Made by a program: the position numbers and the translations under genes. The notes under the pieces are model-generated. The model did not search any database. It worked only from the letters and a program-made list of their open reading frames with translations, and was not told the DNA's origin. Of a stretch of 64,000 bases of DNA, positions 24,421 to 37,268 are shown in pieces (the stretch's first letter is position 1; every line of letters begins with the position of its first letter). The stretch covers positions 81,468,001 through 81,532,000 of the forward strand of contig JANJGN010000015.1 in NCBI GenBank assembly GCA_026770705.1. The letters are read 5' to 3'. Source of the stretch: Isurus oxyrinchus (lineage: Eukaryota).

Positions 24421-25606
24421 CATTTCCAATTTCAAAACTCTATTAATTTTGAAACGTTCAATTGAAGTGGCCTCAACAGCTTTCTGGTGGAGAGAGTTTC
24501 ATACTTGTGTGAAAAAATGTTTTCTGAGATCATCCCTGAAGCTCTATTTTTAATGTTATGTCACCTTGTTCTGGACTCTCTCACTAGAGGAAATAGCTTT
24601 TCTACATCCTGTCGTGAACTTTCTTTTACTCTGTCTTATCAAACATATTCTATTCACAGAAATTCTCACACACACTTCATTTTCATCAGCATCTGTAGTT
24701 TCATAAAAAAGGGGTTACCCACATTTTCACCACCTCCTTCTCCATCCACCATTGCCAATCACTCGAACCTCCTCATGGAAACTGTTACCACCTCATTCAG
24801 CTGCCTCGATTCTTAATACATGTTCTTAAATGACTCAATCAATGCATTTCTCAAATACGTCAGAGCTACTCATCATGTATATGGTTGTCACCTTCACTGC
24901 ATGCATTGGGGCCACCCAAGCCTCAGAGTGACTCATAGGGCTGTTGTTCCTCCTTTGCAAGAGAAGAGGGCAGAGGGAGAGAATGAGGACTGGAGACTGA
25001 TCCCCAGCCGGTGGAGGAGGAGGCTTTGGAAATTAGCAGTATCTCTGCCTTACTCATGCTGAATGTGGTAATGTGTTGCTGCAGGGGTTGAAAAATTAAT
25101 CTCTCAGAGCCACACCTCCTATAACAGTTGGCTTTGACACTTAATGAATTGTGATCACTTTAATCATATGCATTTTAACATTTGTAAAGTTCCATGACAA
25201 AATCTTATCCAGTCTCTTCTCTCCTCCAGTCCCATCACACAAATAAAATGAGCCCCTTCTCCGTCATGACATGAACTCCCCAGAGGAGCACATTCCCGCT
25301 GAAGGTGGACCATCACATTACACGTGCATTGCAGGTACCAGTGCAGATATGAGCACATCGGTTGAGCCTGTTAGACAGTTAAATGGGATGTCACATGGTG
25401 ATTGTAACGGTACAAGTGAGCATGAGCAGAGAGTGCTGATGTGGACAGTTGTGGAGAGTTCACGTTAGAGCTGGCAGACAGGCTGAACCCAGGGGCCATT
25501 TGGACACAGACTGCTTCGGCATCTGAGGTGTTGCAAGTGATGCGAAACATTGTGCCATCATCAGGAAACATCTCCACTTCTGGCCTTATGATGGAGGGAA
25601 CATCAT

Positions 25607-27540
25607 TGGCCAGGATTTTCTGCTCTCATTTAATGTGGGCATGAGCGGAAAATCTCGCAAGGTCGCAAAAGTCGGTTTTATGTTATTGTAAAACCAGCTT
25701 GTGATCGTCTGCTCCTACCATCAATGGCGGATCATGTTTCCAGCTGCTGAACTTTAGGAACGTCATTTCCATTAATTACATGTAATTATAACCTCAGCTC
25801 ACCAGAATCATCCCCCCACACTGGATCATGAGACCCTGCACACCGACATGTTTGATAAATGAGGTGCAACTGGCGACCTGCACTTTGTTCCTCAACTTGA
25901 GGACCATTTGCCAACTTTGTTTCAGGCAGTATTTGCGGTATTCAGTGCCAGGCCTCACTGGCAGCACCACATCGGTTTCAGGGGGGTTAACATGAAAGTC
26001 TCAACCCACAAGACCAGCGGTACAGCGGGGGTGTCTTTGCAATGGCTGTGTGGTGAGGGCTTGCTTGGCGAAGGAGAGAAGTAGCCTTTGGCAAGTTTGG
26101 AGGATGCAGGGAGAGGACTTGCTTGATGAAGGGGATGAATCCCTCGGTGTGAGTGAGGATACATGTTTAACAGTGCAAGTGGCCTCACAATGTTGAGGGC
26201 TGAGGTGGACACAGGACATAGACATCTCCACCTAAAAATGTCCAAGGGCTAACTAATGGATATATACCACAAGAGCAATGAGATCAAGGGATACAGGGGA
26301 AGGACTGAGAGATCTATGAGGGAGGGTAATCTTAATGTTTACTTCCTCGGTGATGAAGTGGGATGCATTTTCTATACTCTCACAGGCGCATGTCTAGGGA
26401 ACTGGTCAGTCAGATCTGCCGCCTACTGCAGGATTTGGCGTCACGGGGATATGGAGGGTATCCACTGCCAGTGGCTGTGAAAGTGCCCATGGCGCTCAAT
26501 TTTTACATCAGTGACTTCTTTCAGATCTCCACAGGTGACCTCTGTGGAAATCTCTCAAGCCTCCACCCACAAATGCACCCATGAGATCATGGATACCATC
26601 TTTGTGAGGGCACACAACTTTGGCTTTTCGCCTGGGACCAGGACAGCCAGGATGCAAGAGCAATTAGATTTGCCCAGATCTCGTGTTTCCAACAGGTGCA
26701 GGGTGCAATCGACTGCACTCATGTGGCACTCAGGGTGAGGGTGAGGAGGTCCTTGAAGGCGACGATGATGGGGATGAGGCCCTCGCACTGGCTAGACAAA
26801 GCAGGAGCGCTTGCAAGGCCCTTGTAGCTGCTAGAATTGTGCAGAATGGTGATGACATGCAATGAGGTGACCCCATAGATCCTCACATTGCATCTTTGAA
26901 CTTTTGACTCCAGTCTGGCCTATGGCAGCATGAATACCTCTGTGAGAATGCTCCTGTCATGGAGACACAGTGGAAGCCCTCATAATTGCTTGATTGCAGG
27001 AGGATGATGACGACATGCAATGAGGACACTCCATAGATCTTCATGTAGCCTCTGGAATGTCTGACTCCTATCTGGCTGGGTGAGTATCCTCTTTTGAAGG
27101 GCTGACCACCACTGCCACTGCCACCCAAGCCTGGTTGGTGATGCTGCTGCCCATCCTGCAGCCAGAGCTGGGGTAGAGGACATTGCAGCGGGCCTCCATG
27201 GCGTCCAAAAGGCATTCCAACAATGTGTCATTAAACCTGGGGGCTGCAGTCTTCTTGCCTTTCATGGACATCTCCCCTGCAGCAGTCATGGGCTGAAAGC
27301 ACTGAGATGTGTGCATGCGGTAGACTTTAAATTTGGCGCCCAGCATGATGCAGCAGCAGGGTGATGGTGGGTGAGCGAATGAGAGTCCACCTGCCATGGA
27401 AATGTCGTGTTTTCCGGGAATGCATAAATAATATGGCAGGTTTGAGACAATACGGTGTGAAAACCCACCATCGTGGCCGGTGGATGAAAATGTTATTTTA
27501 CCCACCCACTACCGCACTTAGTTCAAATCTGGGATGATTC
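25607..27540 (+). mobile_element. Harbinger element with transposase remnant (+, about 26360-26730) and convergent Myb/SANT gene start (-, about 27070-27290)
   Basis: LPVAVKVPMALNFY, TGDLCG, VQGAIDCTHV on +; MKGKKTAAPRFND..LLDAMEAR..W on -. Confidence 0.85.
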
Positions 27541-27586
27541 ACTCTTAGTTTCACTTTTGCCTATGAGCAGAACATAGCACAGCTCT

Positions 27587-27867
27587 GAAAGAAAGACAAA
27601 AATACCTGGAAAAACTCAGCAGGTCTGGCAGCATCTGCGGAGAGGAACATAGTTAATGTTTCGAGTCCGAATGACCCTTCAACAGAACTAAGTAAAAATA
27701 GAAGAGAGGTGAAATATATCTATTTTTACTTAGTTCTGTTGAAGGGTCATTCGGACACGAAACGTTAACTGTGTTCCACTACGCAGATGCTGCCAGACCT
27801 GCTGAGTTTTTCCAGGTATTTTTGTTTTTGTTTTGGATTTCCATCATCTGCAGTTTTTTGCTTTTAT
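27587..27867. mobile_element. Penelope-like fold-back insertion, second subfamily
   Basis: Inverted arms around a short spacer; 14-bp TSD catagcacagctct (27573-27586, 27868-27881). Confidence 0.9.
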
Positions 27868-27879
27868 CATAGCACAGCT

Positions 27880-28580
27880 CTAATGTCTTCAAACTTTCTA
27901 CCTTTGTATAAATGTTCCCATATGTCCAGTGGTGAACTCGGCATACTCTCAGAGTCTTTGCAGAAACGCACTAGAACAATTGTGTATGCAGACAAATTGA
28001 TCCTTCACATCACACACTTTTTGCGTGGACTGAAAGAGCGACCTGGCACAAATACTCTTGATGCCAAAGTTGCAGTCGCACAGAGAAAGTTTGGCTCAGT
28101 CTCGTGGGGAGCAACAGTGAGATTATCAGCATCTACCATCAGCAGTTTATTACCAGTCTTGTTAATAATTTAGAAAATCAAATGTTCACAACCATGTCAT
28201 TGAAAGGCTCTCATTCAGCTTCTGCAGCCCTATCCAGTTATGCATTTCTGATTGACCAATTTCGCTTTCTTGACAAAGACAATTGGCCAGCTGAAATGCC
28301 ACCAAGTTATGGAGAATCGGCAAAAGCTTCTCTGTGCAAGTGGTTTAAATTATCAGCTGCTTCTGTAATCAATTCATTCAGAAATTATGTGGAGGAAGCT
28401 GGGCAACACATTCCCCAGGATTTACGACCATTACTAAATTGTATACAAATAATTCTACTCAGCAGTGCAGAATGTCAGTGAGGATTTAATCAAATTAACT
28501 TAATTATAACACCAGCATGCTCAAGAATTCTCATAAGCCGGGTTTCAGCACTCATATTTGTCAGACAACATGCACCCCTC
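27880..28580 (+). pseudogene. hAT transposase C-terminal fragment (KIAA1586-like)
   Basis: ILLSSAECQ*GFNQIN matches the hAT dimerisation motif SxAxCERxFS; LDKDNWP..YGE upstream. Confidence 0.75.
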
Positions 28581-28606
28581 TCCTGATGTGTTGAGATATG
28601 TTACAA

Positions 28607-30783
28607 AACAAAAACAAAATTACCTGGAAAAACTCAGCAGGTCTGGCAGCATCGGCGGAGAAGAAAAGAGTTGACGTTTCAAGTCCTCATGACCCTTCAA
28701 CACAACTGAGTGAATATTAGGAGAGGGGTGAAATATAAGCTGGTTTAAGGTGGGGGGGGAGGGTTGGGGGGAAGAAGTGGGGGGGTGGTGTTGTTGTAGG
28801 GACAAGCAAGCAGTGAAAGGAGCAGATAATCAAAAGCTGTCACAGACAAAGGAACAAAGAGGTGTTGAAGGTGGTGATATTATCTAAACGAATGTGCTAA
28901 TTAAGAATGGAGGGCAGGGCACTCAAGATACAGCTCTAGTGGGTGGGGTGGAAAGACTATCAGGGCATACAAGATTTAAAAATAATGGAAATAGGTGGGA
29001 AAAGAAAAATCTATATAAATTATTGGAAAAAACAAAAGGAAGGGGGAAGAAACGGAAAGGGGGTGGGGATGGAGGAGGGAGTTCAAGATCTAAAGTTGTT
29101 GAATTCAATATTCAGTCCGGAAGGCCGTATAGTGCCTAGTCGGAAGATGAGGTGCTGTTCCTCCAATTTGCTTTGGGCTTCACTGGAACAATGCAGCAAG
29201 CCAAGGACAGACATGTGGGCAAGAGAGCAGGATGGACTGTTAAAATGGCAAGCGACAGGGAGGTTTGGGTCTTTATTGCGGACAGACTGCAGATGCTCTG
29301 CAAAGCGGTCGCCCAGTTTACGTTTGGTCTCTCCAATGTAGAGGAGATCGCATTGGGAGCAATGAATGCAGTAGACTAAGTTGGGGGAAATGTAAGTGAA
29401 ATGCTGCTTCACTTCAAACTAGGACTCCATCTCATTCTCTCAGTTCTTTTGCCTCTGTCGCATCTGTTCTGATGATGCTACCTTCAAAAACAGTTCCTCT
29501 GACATGTCCTCCTTCTTCCTTAACTGAGGTTTTCCACCCATGGTCGTTGACAGGGCCCTCAACAATGTCCGGCCCATCTCCCACGCTTCCGCCCTCACGC
29601 CTCCTCCTCCCTCCCAGAAACATGATAGGGTCCCACTTGTTCTCACTTATCACCCCACCAGCCACCGCATTCAAAGGATCATCCTCCGCCATTTCAGCCA
29701 ACTCCAGCATGATGCCACCACCAAACACATCTTCCCTTCACCCCCCCGGCGGCATTCCGTAGGGATCATTCCCTCCGGGACACCCTGGTCCACTCCTCCA
29801 TCACACCCTACTCCTCAACCCCTACCTATGGCACTTCTCCATGCCCACACAAAAGATGCAACACCTGCCCCTTCACTTCCTCTCTCCTCACCATCCAAGG
29901 GCCCAAACTCTCCTTTCAAGTGAAGCAGCATTTCACTTGCATTTCCCCCAACTTAGTCTACTGCATTCGTTGCTCCCAATGCGGTCTCCTCTACACTGGA
30001 GAGACCAAACGTAAACTGGGCGACCGCTTTGCAGAACACCTGCGGTCTGTCCGCCAGAAAGACCCAAACCTCCCTGTTGCTTGCCATTTTAACACTCCAC
30101 CCTGTATCTCTTGCCCACATGTCTGTCCTTGGCTTGCTGCATTGTTCCAGTGAAGCCCAACGCAAACTGGAGGAATAGCACCTCATCTTCCGACTAGGCA
30201 CTTTACAACCTTCCGGACTGAATATTGAATTCAACAACTTTAGATCTTGAACTCCCTCCTCCATCCCCACTCCCTTTCCGTTTCTTCCCCCTTTTATTTT
30301 TTCCAATAAATTATATAGATTTTTCTTTTCCCACCTATTTCCATTATTTTTAATTCTTGTATGCCCTGCTAGTCTTTCCACCCCAACCTCACTAGAGCTG
30401 TACCTTGAGTGCCCTGCCCTCCAATCTTAATTAGCACATTCGTTTAGATAATATCACCACCTTCAACACCTCTTTGTTCCTTTGTCTGTGACATCTTTTG
30501 ATTACCTGCTCCTATCACTGCTTGCTTGTCTCTATAACCACACCACCCCCCCCCACTTCTCTCCCCCCACCCTCCACCCACCCCCCCCACCCACCCCACA
30601 CACCTTAAACCAGCTTATATTTCACCCCTCTCCTAATATTCACTCAGTTCTGTTGAATGGTCATGAGGACTCGAAACGTCAGCTCTTTTCTTCTCCGCTG
30701 ATGCTGCCAGACCTGCTGAGTTTTTCCAGATAATTCTGTTTTTGTTTTGGATTTCCAGCATCCGCAGTTTTTTGTTTTTAACC
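28607..30783 (+). mobile_element. Penelope-like retroelement, 5'-truncated, with GIY-YIG endonuclease and an inverted copy of about 0.8 kb
   Basis: NLVYCIRCSQCGLLYTGETKRKLGDRFAEH on + (29920..) and the same domain on - (29083..29412); probable TSD atatgttacaa / atatgtcacaa (28596-28606, 30784-30794). Confidence 0.92.
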
Positions 30784-30884
30784 ATATGTCACAACCTGGC
30801 TTTGATGTCACCGATCAGCAGAGGACTCAAGGACAGTCTCTCCCTGTGGCACACTTGTGGACCCGGACCCGTGGTGGAAATCAT

Positions 30885-32017
30885 AGGTTTCAGAAACCCA
30901 AGAAGTGTCATGTTATCAAGTTTTTGAAATTTTGTGGTGATAAAGCGTCTGCAGACCAAGCCACCACTGGAAAATCTATTGATGAGTTTGCTATACTACT
31001 TTCAGAAGAAAATCTTTCATCTGAATAAATTTACAATGCTGACCAAATGAGTCTGTTCTGGTGGCACGTCCCCAGGAAAATGCCAGTAACAGCTGAGGAG
31101 AGTGCACCAGCAGGTGTTAAGGATGCTAAGGATAGGTTGATTGTTCTTGGCTGTGCCAATACAACTGGCACATACAAATGTAAATTGGCTGTAACTGGGA
31201 AGAGCAAATGTCCCAGGAGCTTCAAGGGTATGCGGACATCACCTGTTCACCATTATGCCAATAAGAGAGATTGGGTAACCAGGGACATGTTTTCTGACTT
31301 GTTAGACAGCTACTTTGTATCAGAGGCATGTGTGCAATGTCAGGTAGCTGGACTTGAAAAAAGCTGTTAAATGATGTTGCGCATGGACAATCGTTAAGCA
31401 TATCCCCCTGCTGAAATCTTGGTGAAGAACAGTGTTTTCACTGTTTGCCCGACCCGCAACGTAACATCATTAATTCAGCTGATGGAACAAGGTGATTTTC
31501 GGGTCATGAAATGTAAATGATATAAATGATAAGAACAGTAATGACAAAAATGACACAGTGAATCCAGTAGAGAAAGTGCCCATAGACGATATTATTAAGA
31601 TGTGTGACAGGTTGATAAATGCACTTGACCAATGTGCATTGAAAAGTGAGCAAGAAATAATGTCAATCTATAAAATAAAAGGTAAACTTATGAAACATAA
31701 ACCAATGTTGATGAAACAGTTGAAGCTAGAAGACCATTCAAGAATGCCTCCCAGCAGAGTACATCGACACTCTGAACCCTCTCCTGCAAGCAGAATCGAA
31801 GGTGGTGCCACATTGGGAACTTATTCAGGTGCTCTGCATTTATTATTCAGTGATACATCTTATTCTTCTAGCCATTTTATTGATTTTAGTCCATAGCTAG
31901 CCTAAGCTTTGTCTATTGTAATATAAGTAGGCCTAGTCCTACATGCGGTATCTGAAATTATCTGAAATCTGAAACACGATTGGCCCCAAGGATTTTGGGT
32001 AACAGATACTCAGCCTG
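30885..32017 (+). mobile_element. Tigger/pogo (Jerky-like) transposase remnant with 3' TIR
   Basis: IYNADQMSLFW, KDRLIVLGCANTTG, MDN, NVTSLIQLMEQG; ends gatactcagcctg-TA. Confidence 0.88.
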
Positions 32018-32410
32018 TAAAATGTTGGATAATGAATTTCTAGCTGCGCTGAAGACTAATGATACAAAATACCAAACAGTTCAAATAAAATGCCTATTAC
32101 CTACCGGCACTAATATTTTTCACTTAAAAAGCACAGATTTAGAAATGATATGGCCAACACATTTTCTTAGAGCTCCTCCACCTCAAAATTTCCCACCACA
32201 CCACTGTATGTGCCTAGCCTAAATAAATGAACCTACAACAAGTTTACATGATCCCTTATCAGCAATTGATGTTCATATCATTATAACAACACAATAAAGG
32301 GTAGGGTGAAAATCTAAATATAGACCAGGCTGTTCTTCTGCATCAAGCAGAACTTGATTAAAAAGCACAATTATTAACACCTTGAAGCAGGCATTCCTTT
32401 GCATTGTATG

Positions 32411-32828
32411 TCAGCTGTGGCTCAGTTCATAGGTGTCTTGCTCTGAGTCAGAAGGTTGTGAGTTTGAGTTGCACTCCAGTGCTTGAGCATGTAAATCTCG
32501 GCTGACAATTCAGTGCAGTGCTGGCTGAGACATTAAGCTGAAGCCCTGTCTACCCTCAGATGGACGTAAAAAATCCAATGGCATTGCAGCAGGGGGGTTA
32601 TTGCCGGAGCCCTAGTCGATATTTAATTCTCAATCAACATCACAAAAACAGATTACCTGGTAAACGTCACATTGATGTTTGTGGGATCTTGCTGTGTGCA
32701 GAATGGTTCCTAAATTTTCTACATTACAACAATGACCACACTTTTAAAAAATGTATGCCGTTGACTGTAAAGTGTTTTGGGACATCCTGCGGTCATGAAA
32801 GGAGATATAAAAATGCAAAATGGTCTTT
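32411..32828 (+). mobile_element. DeuSINE (SacSINE1/AmnSINE-like)
   Basis: tRNA-like head gtggctcagtt; Deu-core-like ctcagatggacgtaaaaaatcc...gtttgtgggatcttgctgtg; L2-like tail. Confidence 0.8.
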
Positions 32829-33307
32829 GTAGAGTGTCACAGCAGCCCGCTAATCTGTCCTCCAAATTATTACCAGGATTGCTGAGATGCTGCCCTGGTG
32901 AAGTAGCAGTAGCTCTCAGGATGACTGGATTTGTCCTCCCAACCCTGCCGCTCTGCCAATGCCCTTGCTTGTTGTCTGTTAGCCAGCCAGCCCACCCATG
33001 CCAAGATGGTGCAATCATACTTGTATTGCAGTCAAAGAGCAATTGCTGAGAATTATGTCTCAGGTGTTCTGATACAATGCCTCAGCGCTCTCAGGATTTT
33101 CTTCGGTACTTAAGCCTAGATGAAACCTGTTTCCCCTACATGTGAAGCATTCAAAGGTGCAGAAAAAAATGAATTAATTACAGTACCTTCTGGAGCAGGA
33201 GGACTATCACACAGAACAGAAGACAATTTGGGACTTTCCCATAGACTGATTGATAAGATTTCATACATCCAAACATATGGAATGAATTATTTGCACAAAC
33301 CAGCCAT

Positions 33308-34320
33308 GCCAGGTGTGGAGATGGATCTTTTAAAACATATTTTTAGAAATATGGTAGTATTCTATACAGAAGGGTTTGTGTGTGTATGTGTGTCCATGGT
33401 TAATTAAACTGGGGAAAGGTTAGCAAAGCCAACTTGCCTGTGGGAACTGAGAGATGAAAGGTAAAGGGGCTAGATGTATGCATTTGTAATGAGAGGCTGT
33501 GGTGAAGTTGGGAATTAAAAGTAAATAAGTTGGGTTTTTAAAATTGCATTAGGTGATAGGTAAGGACTTGATTTTTCAGCTGCTAAATTTCAAAGAGAGT
33601 TTAAGGGACTTTTACAACTTACAAAGTTTTCATAAGTAAATAAGGGAAGGTTATTAAATTTTATTTGACCCGAAAATGGAGGCAATAGGAAGACACAAAA
33701 GATTTTTATATTTTGGAAAAGTTGAGTTCAAAGAGGTGCTTAGAACAATGGGATGAAAGAGAAAAAAGTATTTAAGGAAGGATGTTTAGTTAAGTTGAGG
33801 TGGTTGTGTGGGGGAGATGTCCTGGGAAAAGCTGTGAATTTGAGGCAGCCATCCAGTTTCAAGCCAGAAAAGTCTTTGTTTCCAGAAAGCAGTCTGTTTC
33901 TGAACTTCCTTCAGATTTCTACAAGATAGTGGAAGAGATGAGAAGTCATGAGGTATACTTTATTAAAGTAGCAGCAGTTATTGCCTTGGGTAATATTACT
34001 GGATTTTTATGGTTAAAATCTATAACGAAGCTGTTGCCAAATAGTTTACTTGTGTGTTCTGACCAAGTGTATTTTTTTTGGGGGGGGGAATGTTTTGTAA
34101 GACTGTTTCAAATGTGTAATTTTAATCTTGTGTGTTTAAGTTGCTTTTTTCTTATTGTTAATAAATCTTTGTATTTTAAAATCGTAAAAGTGTTACTTGG
34201 ATTCAATGCTCTTGGGATCAACTGTTATCCCCTCATTTTCAAAATATAAAAATGATCAGTAAGACGTTTCCCTCTGGGATTTGGCTTGCTCAATGAAAAA
34301 CATCAGCTGTGATCATAACA
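33308..34320 (+). repeat. Solo LTR related to the Gmr1-like LTRs
   Basis: 3' end tttccctctgggatttggcttgctca...tcataaca is similar to the reverse complement of 40997-41050; start approximate. Confidence 0.55.
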
Positions 34321-34559
34321 CAGGGCAGTTGTCAATTTGTAATCTGGCTGATAAGCTAAAATTGTATGCAGCGTTTTATCAATCTCCACACATTCCTTTC
34401 ACAGAGTCCATTGCTGAAAGGACTTTCAATTGTGCTATTCATGGCCAAATATGGTTCATATTTTCACCTGTTCCTGAATTTGCCAATTCCATTCCATTTT
34501 CAGTAGAAACTTCCCTAATGCCACAAGTCCAATCCCTATCCATTTCTCCATAATTTTAT

Positions 34560-35350
34560 CTATAACAACCCTTTTGTTCTTACTATGTACTGTTGCAGAA
34601 AGCATAAATTTAGACACTACCTCTACAAGACGTAGGATGAAAACATATCTGTTTATATCTCTAGGTTCATGGCAACTACTTTGTTAAAGTTGTGTGCCAA
34701 TGGGAGGCTTACAGTACGACACGGTGGAATCCTCTGATACATTTTACAGATTTCACACTTCTCACTAATATCTCCTATTAGCTTTGTACACTCTTTGTCA
34801 ACTACGCCTTCATCTTGTAGCAGGATTTTTAACCTTTGATAGTTAGGGTGAGCAAATTGTCGATGTAACTTTAAGACAATTTTATTTTTCTCTCTCATTC
34901 TTATCTGATGTCATTACCACCTGTCTAACACTCAGATCATAAGGCTTTGTTAAAGAGATCCACTAATGTCCTGACTGGGTAATCTTCAGATCAACTGATG
35001 TTCCAAAAATAATTGCCTTATCAAGCTCCATGCCAAGTTTCATTTGTGCCTTTTTCAAAGAAAGTTTACTCAATAGCATAGCTATCTCGCTAGAGACGAT
35101 GTCGGTACTTGTAAAATGTCTGGAATAAACCATTTTGTATGGGATTACAACTCTCTTTAGTGACCTCAATGTGTTGTCATTATCAAACCTACAACAGTTG
35201 GTACTGTTATATTCTTTAACCTTGTGTTGATCCTCTCTACTTAATGAATCATGATAACATTTTAAACCAATTTATTCTACACAATATTGAAGTACAAGTA
35301 CTAATTTCAATGCCCTTCTTCAAAATAGCACCATGTGATCTGATATATTT
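34560..35350 (-). pseudogene. GalEa-type Copia protease-integrase fragment
   Basis: KLHRQFAHP...CEIC (HHCC), VSLPLA..FN..VAM, LLSKLSLKKAQMKL..TQSGH; homologous to 51700-52300. Confidence 0.85.
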
Positions 35351-36132
35351 GCCTGAGAGAGCAGACCTCTCCAACCAGCACCACACTCGCCCTGTATTGC
35401 ACTGGAATGTCTGTCTAGATTTCTGTGCCTAAGGACCGAATAATACACTCTGGCACGGAGGCAGGACCTGCACCTAGAAATGGAAGGCTTTCTAACTTGG
35501 GCCTGCCATTGAAACACGCCCCATAAAGCGCAAATTGATTCAATTGAGATCAGAGGGGTGGTTTGAGGCCTACATGTGGTGAGCATCCTGCCCAATCAGT
35601 GTTGGAAGGTGGGATGTCTGGCCTCCGAGGTCATTGGCCGTGACCTGGAACGACTTTAAATCGGAGCTTGGGAGGGTTCAAGATGCAGGTGGAATTGTCC
35701 TTCAGCAGTCCAAACTTCTTGGGCAATTCCTACATCTTCAGTGCATGGGGATTTCCGAGGAATCCCCCTGTGCATCTTGGGGGTACCCCTGGATATGACC
35801 ATCCAGAGCTCAGAAGTTCTGGACCAATGAAGAAAGCAACGAGGCCCAAAGTTGTGCTATTTGGAGTATTAAAAAAAAGTTACAATTCAGGATCAACAGT
35901 CCATTCCAGTCATGTGCAATCTATAAATTAAAATAATGGTTTTGCTGTCCCTACTAGAGATCGCAGAGCCACCGTATGGAAGACTGTGAAATGCATGCGG
36001 TCATATGAGATCCTGAATGCCTGGCCCTGAAATTCTAGGATTCACAGCCTATGTATACCATAATTTTGGGATTGTGGAAGCTTTGTAAATTCTGAATAAA
36101 ACTTATTGAACAAATCTGAAAAGCATGATTAC

Positions 36133-36190
36133 CTTTGCTGCAGCTGTCTAAATTTCTTACTCAACAAAGGTATTTGGTTCAAATTGTCAA
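36133..36190 (-). CDS. Candidate host exon (58 nt)
   Basis: Pyrimidine tract then caacag acceptor; donor AAG|gtaatc; frame DNLNQIPLLSKKFRQLQQ; phase-compatible with the exon at 19042-19174. Confidence 0.3.
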
Positions 36191-37268
36191 CTGTTGCTCC
36201 ATGTAAAAAATTAGAGGGATGGAGAGAAGATGAAAGTTCAGAGGTTTGCAACAAGATTCAAAAGACTGTTGTGAGTGCAAAAGCAAAGAGGTAGAGCCAG
36301 TGCTGGCCTTGTCAGTGATGTTCACTTCCCAGGAACTAGTTAAAAAAGGGCTTCTGGGTTCTCTTTAAGGTTACTTGCTAATCTGTTCCCAAACACTACC
36401 TGCCTCTTAATTCCTTTTTCAGTTCTCCCTTGTAATTTTTATATTTGATTTGCTTCTCTATTGAATTTCTCTGTTTCATTTTAATCTCTATATTGTGGTT
36501 TCCATTTTGGACGCAACTGGCAATCCAGGTATAAATTGCACCCAAAATTAAAAAAAGCTTTAAAATCTGCCGATTAGTACCCTTGCACCTAAAAGAATTT
36601 GATTTTAAGTGCTCTCTTGAAGGACTGACAATGAGTGCAACCGGTGAAAACTCACAGTTGTATTATTTTGCTGTGTGGGCTTGAAAAGTTCCGTGGGTGG
36701 GACAGACTTCTGGTGCAATGTTTTTTAAACCAGTGCAACAGATTGTAGAAACCAAGATCTTCTTTAGAATTACAGCATTCACTTCACTGATTTAAGGTGA
36801 CTTGTGGTGTAAAAACCCACGCATCTGAGCGGAAGCACCAAGCCAAAGCCATTCAGATATAGGATGCCCTATCTTTCCTCCTTCGATATGAATGATATTA
36901 TGACCTTTGGACAATATAAGCTTATGTTTTAAACTGTCTCCTTTAATTCAAGGTGAAATGGAGTTGTGAAGAGGGGTATGTGATGTCCTACTAGTTCTGC
37001 CCAGCAGTAAGCCCAAGTAACTTAGGGCTGAGTTCAGTAGCGGGCAGGAAAAAGGGTGTTTTACCTGCTAGCCACAATGGCGGCTTTTCACGCCATCTTG
37101 TCCCAATCCCACCTCAATAATCTTGCATTCCCGAGAAACACGCTGGGTTGCTGGCGGGGCAGCCTATCATTCACCTGCCCCACCATCACATTAGGCTTTC
37201 AGTAAACCGGGCACCGTATTTAAAGGCCGCCCAGCACTGTTCAAGGGATAGGAAGCAGTTGCGAACTG

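Noticed and set aside
27880-28580. Host KIAA1586 or ZNF862 exon
   Set aside because: Frameshifted, with a stop inside the hAT dimerisation motif
30885-31900. Host JRK/JRKL or TIGD gene
   Set aside because: Stops and frameshifts with a TIR still attached; a transposon fossil
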